Positions 38,564 through 47,252 of a stretch of 64,000 nt of DNA are shown here, piece by piece. The notes under the pieces were generated by a model. The model made no database searches, was not told the origin of the DNA, and saw only the letters and a list, made by a program, of their open reading frames with translations. How positions within the stretch are numbered: position 1 is the first letter of the stretch; each line of letters opens with the position of its first letter. Source of the DNA: Christensenella sp. UBA1685. Its GTDB lineage: Bacteria > Bacillota > Clostridia > Christensenellales > CAG-138. The DNA lies in NCBI GenBank assembly GCA_002320595.1, contig DCKB01000021.1, positions 36,508 to 100,507 of the forward strand, read 5' to 3'. The translations under genes and the position numbers were made by a program.

Positions 38564-39684
38564 GCAACGGCCTCCTTTCCGCGGAACACAAGCTTGTAAT
38601 TGATGAAGAACTCACAGCCGAGCATGAAAAACAGGATGATGCCAACGAGCACTTCCGCGCAGGATTCCGGTACGCCGGAGGAGGACTGGAAGCCCGCGCC
38701 GCGGTCCAGCGCCGCAATAAAGATTGCCACGATCAGCATCGCAAACGGATTCATCTTTGCAAGCCATGCAACGGTGATTGCCGTAAAGCCGATGCCGCCC
38801 GCCGTGCTTTCCGTCAGCGTGCCGTCCGCGCCGGCACAGATCAGATAGCCTGCGAAGCCGGAAAGCGCGCCGGAAAGGAACATTGTGCGCAGATACACCT
38901 TTGAAACGTTGATGCCCGCATAGCGCGCAGTGTTCGTGGATTCGCCCACCACGGCGATTTCATAGCCATGCTTGGTGCGCGTCAGGTAGAAATGCGCAAG
39001 AACCACCAGGAGCAAAGCGAAAATCCATCCGATGTGCACGCCGAACACCTTGGGCAGCGTAGCGATTGGATCGAACATGCGGATTTTGGGGAACGAGGTG
39101 CCTGGCATCTTCCACACCGGCTGATAGGTCAGGAACTTCACATATTGCAGGGCAATGTAGTTGAGCATGAGGGTAAAGAGCGTTTCGTTCGTGCCCCATT
39201 TTGATTTAAAAATCGCCGGCACTACACCGTAAAGCCCGCCTGCAGCAACCGCCGCCGCAAACATGAGCAACAGCAGCAACACCTTCGGCAAAGCGCTACC
39301 CGTTTCCGCTGCCCATGCCGCAAACTGTGCATCGTAATGGATCGCCACTGCGGATGCCGCAATCCCGCCGGCCAAAATCTGCCCCTCCGCGCCGATGTTC
39401 CAAAACTGCATTTTAAATGCAAATGCAATGCCTATGGCGGAAATCAGAAGCGGAACGGCCGTGCGTGCCGTCTCCTTGAGGTACATTGCGCCGCCGAATG
39501 CACCGCGCGCCATCTCTCCGTAAATGCCGAGCGAATTATGCCCGAGGATGAGCAGCAGCAAAGCGCCCATCAGGAGCGCGCCCACAAGCGCAGCGCCGCG
39601 GATCGCCCAGGCCTTGCCCGGCGCAATCGCTGCGCGTTTCACCATGCGCACAAAGGGTTCCTTATGTTCTGTGCGTTGTTTCAT
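38560..39684 (-). CDS. BMP-system ABC permease
   Basis: The start MKQRTEHKEP at 39684 overlaps the ATPase stop (ATGA). Multi-pass BPD_transp_2 type. The track ORF start at 39786 lies inside the ATPase gene. Confidence 0.85.
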   Translation of the reverse strand: MKQRTEHKEPFVRMVKRAAIAPGKAWAIRGAALVGALLMGALLLLILGHNSLGIYGEMARGAFGGAMYLKETARTAVPLLISAIGIAFAFKMQFWNIGAEGQILAGGIAASAVAIHYDAQFAAWAAETGSALPKVLLLLLMFAAAVAAGGLYGVVPAIFKSKWGTNETLFTLMLNYIALQYVKFLTYQPVWKMPGTSFPKIRMFDPIATLPKVFGVHIGWIFALLLVVLAHFYLTRTKHGYEIAVVGESTNTARYAGINVSKVYLRTMFLSGALSGFAGYLICAGADGTLTESTAGGIGFTAITVAWLAKMNPFAMLIVAIFIAALDRGAGFQSSSGVPESCAEVLVGIILFFMLGCEFFINYKLVFRGKEAVA

Positions 39685-41219
39685 GCTTTCGCCTCCTTCT
39701 CTCCGCCCGCATGCACCATCAGGAGGCCAACATCCTCCTTTGTAGCGGTCCTGGGATCCACAATGCCTGAAACCGCGCCGCCGCAAAGCACCATGATGCG
39801 GTCCGAAATCTCCATCAGCACGTCAAGATCCTCGCCCACAAAGAGAACCGCGACGCCCTTCTTTTTCTGCTCGTTGAGCAAATCGTAAATCTTGAAGGAT
39901 GAATTGATGTCCAACCCGCGCACCGGGTAAGCAACCATCAGCACCTTGGGGTTGTAGTGGATTTCCCGCCCAAGAAGCACCTTCTGCACATTGCCGCCGG
40001 AAAGCCTGCGCACAGGGGTGGAGGTGCCCGGCGTTACGATCTCAAGCGCTTCGATGAGTTCATCGCAAACCTGCTTGGGCGTTTTGCGGTCCACCAACGG
40101 CCCCTTGTTGTTCTTGTAGCTGCGGATGAGCATGTTGTCCACCATGTCGAGTGAACCGACAAGGCCCATGCCCAACCGATCCTCCGGGACGAACGCAAGC
40201 GATACGCCCTTTTTGAAGATTTCATCCGGTTTGCAGCCGACGATGTTTTCAAAACCCGTTCCGGCCTTGAATTCCACTGTGCCTTCCTTCACATGGTAAA
40301 GCCCCGCAATCGCCTCGCAAAGCTCCTTCTGCCCCGAGCCCGCAACGCCGGCAATTCCAAGGATTTCCCCGCCATATGCCGTAAAGCTCACATCCCGCAC
40401 GGCCGGTACGCCCTCTGCATTGATGCAGGTAAGCCCCTGCACGCGCAGCAGCTCGTCCTTCTGTTCCACTTCGGGGCGTTCAATTGCAAGGCTGATGCTG
40501 CGGCCGACCATCGCTTCGGTCAGGGACTGCTGGGTCGCTTCCGCCGTCTCCACCGTGCCGATGTATTCCCCCTTGCGCAGGATCGCCACACGGTCCGAAA
40601 CATCGAGCACCTCATGCAGCTTATGCGTAATGATGATGATGGACTTTCCATCCGCCTTCATGGCGCGGAGCACATCGAACAGCTTTCTTGTTTCCTGCGG
40701 GGTCAGAACGGCCGTTGGCTCGTCCAGAATCAGGATATCCGCACCGCGGTAAAGCACCTTCACGATCTCCACCGTCTGTTTCTCGGAAACCGCCATGTTG
40801 TAAACTTTCTTGTTCGGGTCGATCTCAAAGCCGTATTTTTCGCTGATCTCAGAGATGCGCGCCGCCGCTTTTTTCCGGTCAAGCTGCACGCCGCCCGGAA
40901 GCCCGAGAACGATGTTTTCCGCCGCGGTAAGCACATCCACGAGTTTGAAATGCTGGTGGATCATGCCGATGCCAAGGTCAAACGCCTCCTTGGGAGAGCG
41001 GATCTGGACTTCCGTTCCGTGGATGAAGATCTCGCCGTGATCCGGGTAATAAATGCCCGCGAGCATGTTCATGAGCGTGGTCTTGCCGCTGCCGTTTTCC
41101 CCCAAAAGCGCAAGGATTTCGCCCTTGCGCAGGGAAAGGCTGACGTTGTTGTTTGCAACGACCTTGCCAAACGTTTTTTTGATGTTGTGCATCTCGACTG
41201 CCTGTTGGATTTGTTCCAT
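39681..41219 (-). CDS. ABC transporter ATP-binding protein with two fused ATPase domains (BMP/ribose-type)
   Basis: 512 aa. First Walker A GENGSGKTT, second GVAGSGQKE, LSGGNVQK signature. Confidence 0.9.
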   Translation of the reverse strand: MEQIQQAVEMHNIKKTFGKVVANNNVSLSLRKGEILALLGENGSGKTTLMNMLAGIYYPDHGEIFIHGTEVQIRSPKEAFDLGIGMIHQHFKLVDVLTAAENIVLGLPGGVQLDRKKAAARISEISEKYGFEIDPNKKVYNMAVSEKQTVEIVKVLYRGADILILDEPTAVLTPQETRKLFDVLRAMKADGKSIIIITHKLHEVLDVSDRVAILRKGEYIGTVETAEATQQSLTEAMVGRSISLAIERPEVEQKDELLRVQGLTCINAEGVPAVRDVSFTAYGGEILGIAGVAGSGQKELCEAIAGLYHVKEGTVEFKAGTGFENIVGCKPDEIFKKGVSLAFVPEDRLGMGLVGSLDMVDNMLIRSYKNNKGPLVDRKTPKQVCDELIEALEIVTPGTSTPVRRLSGGNVQKVLLGREIHYNPKVLMVAYPVRGLDINSSFKIYDLLNEQKKKGVAVLFVGEDLDVLMEISDRIMVLCGGAVSGIVDPRTATKEDVGLLMVHAGGEKEAKA

Positions 41220-41354
41220 GCATTCGCCTCCCGTTCAGGATATGGATGGGCACGCTGCCCCGTGTGCGCATCCATATCCTGAAAAGCCGTACCCTCACTC
41301 CGTATGTAAAGAATGGCAGAGCTGCCGGAAGCAGCCCTGCCATGGTTTGTGATG

Positions 41355-42599
41355 TTACTCGCCGATCACTTCAACGCCGTCGATGATGTAGTTGAAGGAC
41401 GGTGCGGAAACGACTTCGTTCTCCTCGTACCATTCGCCCTCAGCCTTGTCGATGGTCACGGTGTTGCCGCTAAAGTCCACGCCTTCTCCGTGGTAGGGGC
41501 CGGCAAACACATGCACGCTGCCATCTAGAATGCCATTGTAGGCTGCCTTGACCGCATCGGCTGTGCCTTCTGCAAGAATGTTTTCATTGAGGTCGGAGAG
41601 CAGGCAAACGCCGTCATACAAGCCGCCCATCCAGTCGGTGTCGATCGCTTCGCCTTTGGCGACGCAGGTGGTCGCATACACAAGGTACTGAGACCAATCC
41701 CAAATGGCGCTCGTGAGGGAAGCGTTCGGGGCCACATCGATCATGCCGGAGTTGTAGCCAACGTGGAACGCGCCCTTTTCTTCAGCGGCAGTCGCCGGAG
41801 CGGTGGAGTCACAGTGCTGGGAGATCACGCCGCAGCCTGCATCGATCAGGGCGTTCGCGTTCTGTGCTTCCTTGGTGGGGTCGTTCCAGGAATCGGTGTA
41901 CATGACCTTCATGGTCACATCCGGGTTGACGCTCTTTGCGCCAAGGTAGAACGCGGTGAAGCCGGAAATGACTTCCGCAAACGGCATGGCCGCAACGTAA
42001 CCAAGCACATTGTTGCCGATTTCCTTCGCCTTGAGGCCTGCGACGATACCGGAAAGGTAACGCGCCTCATAAATACGGCCGAAGTAGTTGTGGAAGTTCG
42101 CAAGGCCCGCGCTGCTGGCCTGATAGCCGGTCGCATGGCAGAACTGCACTTCCGGGTGTTCCTTGGCAACTTCCATCAGGCCGCTCTCATGGCCGAAGCT
42201 GGTTGCAAAGATCAGGTTGCAGCCATCCGCGATGAGCTCGTTGGCCGCCTGAATCACCTGCGCATTGTCTTCAGGGATGTTGAACTTGTTGATGATCTGC
42301 TCGTCGCTGAGGCCGAGCGTAGCCTTCATCTTTTCCGTGCCGTTGTTGTGGTTGTAGGTGTAACCCATGTCGGACGGATCGGAGATGTGGATGAATCCGA
42401 TCTTCATGGCCGAATAATCCACGCCCTCGGTTTCCACATGGACGGAGCCAAGCTCGGTGCCCATGGCATCCTTAAAGGCAAGCTTCTTGACTTCCTTCTC
42501 ACCGTCGCCTTCGTTGTTCGCAGCGGGCTGGTTGCACCCAACGAGGCCGAGCGCCATCACGAGGCAAAGAATGACTGCGATAATTTTCCTCATTTTCAT
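41355..42599 (-). CDS. BMP-family (basic membrane protein, PnrA/TmpC-like) substrate-binding lipoprotein
   Basis: 414 aa. MKMRKIIAVILCLVMALGLVGC lipobox. BMP-family body. AAGGAGG RBS. Confidence 0.9.
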   Translation of the reverse strand: MKMRKIIAVILCLVMALGLVGCNQPAANNEGDGEKEVKKLAFKDAMGTELGSVHVETEGVDYSAMKIGFIHISDPSDMGYTYNHNNGTEKMKATLGLSDEQIINKFNIPEDNAQVIQAANELIADGCNLIFATSFGHESGLMEVAKEHPEVQFCHATGYQASSAGLANFHNYFGRIYEARYLSGIVAGLKAKEIGNNVLGYVAAMPFAEVISGFTAFYLGAKSVNPDVTMKVMYTDSWNDPTKEAQNANALIDAGCGVISQHCDSTAPATAAEEKGAFHVGYNSGMIDVAPNASLTSAIWDWSQYLVYATTCVAKGEAIDTDWMGGLYDGVCLLSDLNENILAEGTADAVKAAYNGILDGSVHVFAGPYHGEGVDFSGNTVTIDKAEGEWYEENEVVSAPSFNYIIDGVEVIGE

Positions 42600-42802
42600 A
42601 ATCCTCCTTATTTTTGTTGCTATTTAAGCCCTTTTGGGCATTGCAACCATAGGCGTTGCCGCTGGGATTTCCCGCGGCAGCACGAACAAAAGCGAAGGGG
42701 ATCCGAATGCCTTTTGCTCCTGCACGCATACGCGGACCACCGCGAAAGAAAGGCACGCACGCCCGGAGCATGCGCTGGGCGTGTGGAACGGAATGTATTT
42801 TA

Positions 42803-44032
42803 TCACAGGATTCCGCTGTTGTCCAGCGCGGCAAGATCCGGTTCGCACAAGGTGGGCGATCCGGCTGCGCGCAAGGCGTTTTTCACATCCTTAAGGCCGC
42901 TGCCCGTGCTGATGACGGTAACCGTTTCCTCCGCGCGGATGATGCCTTCACGCACCGCACGGCGCACGCCGGCCGTTGCCGTGACGCCTGCAGGCTCTCC
43001 AAATACGCCTTCCGTGCGGCCAAGCACGCGCATAGCGTCCAAAATTTCTTCATCCGTAACGGCAATCCATGCGCCTTTTGAGGCTGAAACCGCACGCAAT
43101 GCCTTCACGGGGTTGCGCGGCACGCCCACGGCGATGGAATCTGCAAGGGTGTTCTCTTCCGCCGGCTCGAGCGGCCGGTTTTCCCGCGCCGCATCCACAA
43201 ACGGACAGCAGCCGGCCGATTGTACGCCAAGGATCTTGGGGATGCGTTCGATCATCCCAAGCTCGTACAGGTCATGGAACCCGTTGTACACGCCGCCGAT
43301 GGTGCAGCCGTCCCCCACGGAAACGGCGACCCAGTCCGTCGGCTCCCAGTTGAGTTGCTCCGCAATCTCAAGTGCAACGGTCTTTTTTCCCTCCGTAAGG
43401 ATGGGGTTGATGCCCGCGTTGCGGTTATACCAGCCATATTTTTCAATCGCTGCCTTGGAAAGATCAAACGTGGCCTTATAGTCTCCTTTGACGGACACCA
43501 CCTTTGCGCCGAAGATCATGAGCTGCGCCACCTTGCCTTCCGGTGCGCGCTGCGGCACAAAAATGACCGTTTTGAGCCCCATGCGCGCGGCGTTGCCCGC
43601 GCAGGACGATGCAGCGTTGCCCGTGGAAGAACAGGCGATGGTATCATAGCCCAACTCCACCGCTTTTGCAACCGCTACGCCGGAAGCCCGGTCTTTCAGG
43701 GAAGCCGTGGGGTTCAGGCCGTCATCCTTGATATAAAGTGCGCGGAGGCCAAGCTCAGCCCCGAGGCGGTTGGATGGGTACAGCGGCGTCCAGCCCACGC
43801 GCAGGAAGCGCGAAAAATCCCGTGGCGCAAGCGGCATCAGCGGAGCGTAGCGCCACATGCTGTTCGTGCGGTCACGCCTAAGCGTTTCCCGGTTAAATTC
43901 CTTTTTTATATGGCCATAATCGAAAACGATATCTAAAATGCCTTTTTCACCGCAATGCGGGCAGGTCATGCGTTCATCATATGGCAGTTCTGCGCCGCAA
44001 AGTGTGCAGCGGTAACCCAATATATGTTTCAT
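42803..44032 (-). CDS. thrC: threonine synthase-like fold-type II PLP enzyme with an N-terminal zinc ribbon
   Basis: ATG at 44032 after AGAGGTG. N-terminal CTLCG...CPHCG ribbon as in short ThrC proteins. PLP-lysine context NPTASLKDRAS. Confidence 0.7.
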   Translation of the reverse strand: MKHILGYRCTLCGAELPYDERMTCPHCGEKGILDIVFDYGHIKKEFNRETLRRDRTNSMWRYAPLMPLAPRDFSRFLRVGWTPLYPSNRLGAELGLRALYIKDDGLNPTASLKDRASGVAVAKAVELGYDTIACSSTGNAASSCAGNAARMGLKTVIFVPQRAPEGKVAQLMIFGAKVVSVKGDYKATFDLSKAAIEKYGWYNRNAGINPILTEGKKTVALEIAEQLNWEPTDWVAVSVGDGCTIGGVYNGFHDLYELGMIERIPKILGVQSAGCCPFVDAARENRPLEPAEENTLADSIAVGVPRNPVKALRAVSASKGAWIAVTDEEILDAMRVLGRTEGVFGEPAGVTATAGVRRAVREGIIRAEETVTVISTGSGLKDVKNALRAAGSPTLCEPDLAALDNSGIL

Positions 44033-44052
44033 CTGTTGCACCTCTATCCATA

Positions 44053-44088
44053 TTGCAAAAAAAGTTTGACTTGCAAAAAAAGTTTGTT
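44053..44088. repeat. tandem 18-bp direct repeat (2 units) in the thrC-like/pepT divergent intergenic region
   Basis: TTGCAAAAAAAGTTTGAC followed by TTGCAAAAAAAGTTTGTT (16/18 identical). A T11 run follows at 44151-44161. Confidence 0.8.
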
Positions 44089-44242
44089 TCCATGTTTATA
44101 ATACTATATCCATGCGCGTTTGTACAGGCCGTTTTTGTCCGTTTCCCCTGTTTTTTTTTTTCGTACTATTTGCCATAGGGGGATGCGGTTTCCCGGGAGA
44201 CATGATAAAATAGGAATACTGAATACTCAGGAGGATAAACAA

Positions 44243-45457
44243 ATGGAAAGCGTTGCCCAACGGTTTTTGCGGTATGTTTCCCTTGATACGCAGTCTGCGG
44301 ACGGTGCGGAGCAAATCCCGAGCACAGAAAAGCAATTTGCGCTTGCAAACCTGCTTGTAGAGGAAATGCGTGCAATGGGCGTTTCGGACGCGCGCGTGGA
44401 CGCGCACTGCTATGTTTACGGCAGCATTCCCGCCACAGAACAAGGGCTGCCCGCTTTGGGCTTTATCGCCCATATGGACACCTCGCCCGACGCATCTGGC
44501 GAAGGCGTGCGCCCGCGGATTGTAAACGGTTATCCCGGCGGCGATATCCACCTTAACGCGGAAGTTGCCATTGAAGAAAGCATGTTTCCCGCACTCGCGC
44601 ACTATGTCGGGAACGATATCATCGTCACGGACGGTACCACGCTTCTTGGAGCGGACGATAAGGCGGGGATCGCTGAAATCCTGACATTGGCCGAGTATCT
44701 GTTGGCGCATCCGGACCTGCGCCATGGCCGCATTTGCATCGCCTTTACGCCGGACGAAGAGGTCGGCTGCGGCGCGGACCAATTCGATGTGCCTGGCTTC
44801 GGTGCGGATTTTGCCTACACCGTGGACGGCGGCAGCCCGGGTGAACTGGAATATGAAAACTTCAACGCGGCCTCCGCGAAGCTTGTGTTTCACGGTGTGG
44901 GCATCCACCCTGGCTCCGCAAAGGGCCGGATGCGCAACGCGCTGCACCTGGCGCAGGAATTTGATGCGATGCTCCCGCCCTCTGCGCGCCCGGAGCACAC
45001 GGAGGGTTACGAGGGATTTTTCCATCTGAGCGAGCTCTCAGGCGATGTGGTGGAGGCAACGGCGCGTTACATCATCCGCGATCACGATGCGGCAAAGTTC
45101 GCGGAAAAGAAGGCGCTTATGCAGTCCGCCGCCGCGTTCCTCTGCGAAAAACACGGGGCAGGCGCCGTAGAGCTTACGCTGAAAGATTCTTATTACAATA
45201 TGAAAGAGCAGATCCTGCCGCACTTTCATCTGATCGAGACCGCCAAGGCCGCGATGGGACGCGTGGGCGTCGCGCCGGAGATTATCCCCGTGCGCGGGGG
45301 CACGGACGGTGCGCGCCTTTCCTACATGGGCTTGCCCTGCCCGAACCTTGGCACAGGCGGCCATAATGCCCACGGCGTGTTGGAATTCATCCCCATTCAG
45401 TCCATGGAAAAGGTTGTGGAAATCCTGAAAGCAATCGTGGAGCTGACTTACGCATAA
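44243..45457 (+). CDS. pepT: peptidase T (tripeptide aminopeptidase, M20B)
   Basis: The start MESVAQRFLRYVSLDTQS at 44243 follows AGGAGG. GFIAHMDTSPD and the PDEEVG motif. The track ORF start at 44120 has no RBS. Confidence 0.9.
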   Translation: MESVAQRFLRYVSLDTQSADGAEQIPSTEKQFALANLLVEEMRAMGVSDARVDAHCYVYGSIPATEQGLPALGFIAHMDTSPDASGEGVRPRIVNGYPGGDIHLNAEVAIEESMFPALAHYVGNDIIVTDGTTLLGADDKAGIAEILTLAEYLLAHPDLRHGRICIAFTPDEEVGCGADQFDVPGFGADFAYTVDGGSPGELEYENFNAASAKLVFHGVGIHPGSAKGRMRNALHLAQEFDAMLPPSARPEHTEGYEGFFHLSELSGDVVEATARYIIRDHDAAKFAEKKALMQSAAAFLCEKHGAGAVELTLKDSYYNMKEQILPHFHLIETAKAAMGRVGVAPEIIPVRGGTDGARLSYMGLPCPNLGTGGHNAHGVLEFIPIQSMEKVVEILKAIVELTYA

Positions 45458-45491
45458 GTCATCCGGCTCATTTGCCAACTCCCCCACGCAG

Positions 45492-45527
45492 AACGCGCCC
45501 GGCAGCTTGCCGGGCGCGTTTGTTCTG
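45492..45527. terminator. bidirectional hairpin terminator between convergent genes
   Basis: 12-bp stem AACGCGCCCGGC / GCCGGGCGCGTT, loop AGCTT, followed by TGTTCTGTT. Confidence 0.7.
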
Positions 45528-45560
45528 TTATTCGCCGTACTCAGATGTGGAGGATGCGTT

Positions 45561-46961
45561 TCAGCGTTCCTTCCTGCGGGATACGCATGTAGCCGCCAGC
45601 AGCGCGGCACCCGCAGCTGCCGCCAAGCACAGGCCGAATCCGCCTGCGTCGCCCGTGGCCGGCGGGGCCAGCGGGATCGGGGTCAGCGTAGGCGTACCGG
45701 CTATAATGGTGGAACCGCTGCCTGTCGGCCCGGGCGTTGGTTCCGGCGTGGGCATGGGTTCATCCGGGTCTGTAACCCAATAGATGCCATCCTTAAACCA
45801 AGTGAAGGTTTTGATAAGGTTATTCTCATCAATACCCGTCAGACTCAACGTTTTTGAGCCCGCAGCATTCGCTTTTGCCACAACATCCTCGATGTATGCT
45901 TTTGTGCCATCCGGGTTTTTCCCCCAATCGACTTCAAAGTCATCGATGCCCGTCAGTTCCCAGTGTCCGTTTCCGCTTTGAGGCGCACGATAGGTGCTGT
46001 AGAAATCGATGGTGCCCGGCTCGATCGCTTCAACATAGAAGCAGTTCTTGCCCAACGTGTTGGCTTCGAGTGGTTCGGAAACCGTCTCGCCCTCCCCACG
46101 CAGATTGACCAAACCGATAACGACATTTTCAAAGCGGTTATTCTTAATATCCGCTTTCAGCGTGTTTGCGGCATTTTGCTGTACAATAACCTTGGTGCGC
46201 AGCGCGTCCGTGCCGCTTACGGTGTTTCCGCTGATCTCCAGCACACCGCCGCCTTCTCCGCCGCCCATGTAGCCATGGACCGCAAAGCCGCAGCCCATGA
46301 TGGTGTTACCCGTCATCTTATAGGTCTCCCCGGCAGGAATCGAGTGATTGTCGCACATGAACTCAATTGCATTGGAGAAGCCGCTGATGGTGCAGTTCAT
46401 TACCTCAACGCGGTCACAATCCCAGAAAATACCGTATTTGGCGTTCTCGCCGGTCACCGTACAGCCTTCGACTGTAAGTGAGACACCACTGCCGCCAAAA
46501 GCACCATGATGCGTCGAAATCGCTGCGTCAGCCCAAGCCACAGTAGACGAACCTGCAAGCACAGTCATGGTTTTCAGCGTAACGTTGCTGCCGTGGATGT
46601 TGATGCCGCCGTTGTCCCATTGGCTGGCGCGTTCCGTATTCATCAGCGTCTTTACCACTACGCCATCGCGGCTTTCACCCTGAATAGTCAGAGCACCTAT
46701 GCCTTTTGGCACCGTGAAGCGGTCGTACTCGCCATTCTTGACCAAGATGATCCAGCCTGTCTTATCTTCCTTCCCGGCAATGGAGTCGATAGCTGCCTGG
46801 ATGGTTTTGAACTCAGCGCTTTCTTCGGCTGCGCCAGCATTGACAATCACTGTTTTTGCTGCGCCAGCATCCCCCGCGTCTCCCTCACCCTCTGCCAAAG
46901 CGGCTGTTACAACCGAAAGTACCAACAAGAATGCTACGATTAGAAAACTCCATCTTTTCAT
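45561..46961 (-). CDS. secreted right-handed beta-helix (pectin-lyase-fold) protein with a C-terminal PPxTG-type cell-wall sorting signal
   Basis: The start MKRWSFLIVAFLLVLSVVTAALA (signal peptide) is at 46961. FKTIQAAIDSIA is a pectinesterase-like N-terminal motif, followed by repetitive beta-helix turns and a Pro/Thr linker. It ends in PPATGD plus a hydrophobic segment plus RRKER. Confidence 0.65.
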   Translation of the reverse strand: MKRWSFLIVAFLLVLSVVTAALAEGEGDAGDAGAAKTVIVNAGAAEESAEFKTIQAAIDSIAGKEDKTGWIILVKNGEYDRFTVPKGIGALTIQGESRDGVVVKTLMNTERASQWDNGGINIHGSNVTLKTMTVLAGSSTVAWADAAISTHHGAFGGSGVSLTVEGCTVTGENAKYGIFWDCDRVEVMNCTISGFSNAIEFMCDNHSIPAGETYKMTGNTIMGCGFAVHGYMGGGEGGGVLEISGNTVSGTDALRTKVIVQQNAANTLKADIKNNRFENVVIGLVNLRGEGETVSEPLEANTLGKNCFYVEAIEPGTIDFYSTYRAPQSGNGHWELTGIDDFEVDWGKNPDGTKAYIEDVVAKANAAGSKTLSLTGIDENNLIKTFTWFKDGIYWVTDPDEPMPTPEPTPGPTGSGSTIIAGTPTLTPIPLAPPATGDAGGFGLCLAAAAGAALLAATCVSRRKER

Positions 46962-47164
46962 GTTGTGTTTGTCCTTTCCTGATTTTGGATTTTTTTGTGA
47001 ATCCGGCACGACTCAAGCTCGGAGTTACTATGTAACTATTATTTTAATAGTTTGCATTACAATTCAATCTTTTGACTTTTTATTTGCAATTTATTCATAA
47101 TTAAACGCATCAGCCCTTATTTAAAAAATATTTTAGTTTCACAAAAATATTTTTTGGTTTACTC

Positions 47165-47193
47165 TTTACAAGCGCGGCCAAAAGCTCTAAACT
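47165..47193 (+). promoter_or_regulatory. promoter candidate for the PLP-enzyme gene
   Basis: TTTACA (47165-47170), 17-nt spacer, TAAACT (47188-47193). Confidence 0.4.
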
Positions 47194-47252
47194 ATAGGCG
47201 TACGAACAGGTACGTACTTTCTATAAATATTATGAAACATGGGGTGCTCAGC

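Noticed and set aside
42600-42802. The 200-nt leader between the thrC-like gene and the BMP-transporter operon, considered as a possible purine, nucleoside or other riboswitch.
   Set aside because: It contains hairpins: a CACGCCC...GGGCGTG terminator-like stem for the upstream gene and a bulged 12-bp GTTGCCGCTGGGA/TCCCGCGGCAGC stem. I could not match the conserved cores of purine, 2'-dG, preQ1, ZMP, guanidine or c-di-GMP riboswitches by eye. An Rfam cmscan is needed for a real answer.
41763-43481. A 572-aa + strand ORF spanning the BMP binding-protein gene, the intergenic region and the thrC-like gene.
   Set aside because: It is antisense to two clearly real genes and runs through their intergenic region. 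The composition is Arg/Ala/His-rich with no RBS.
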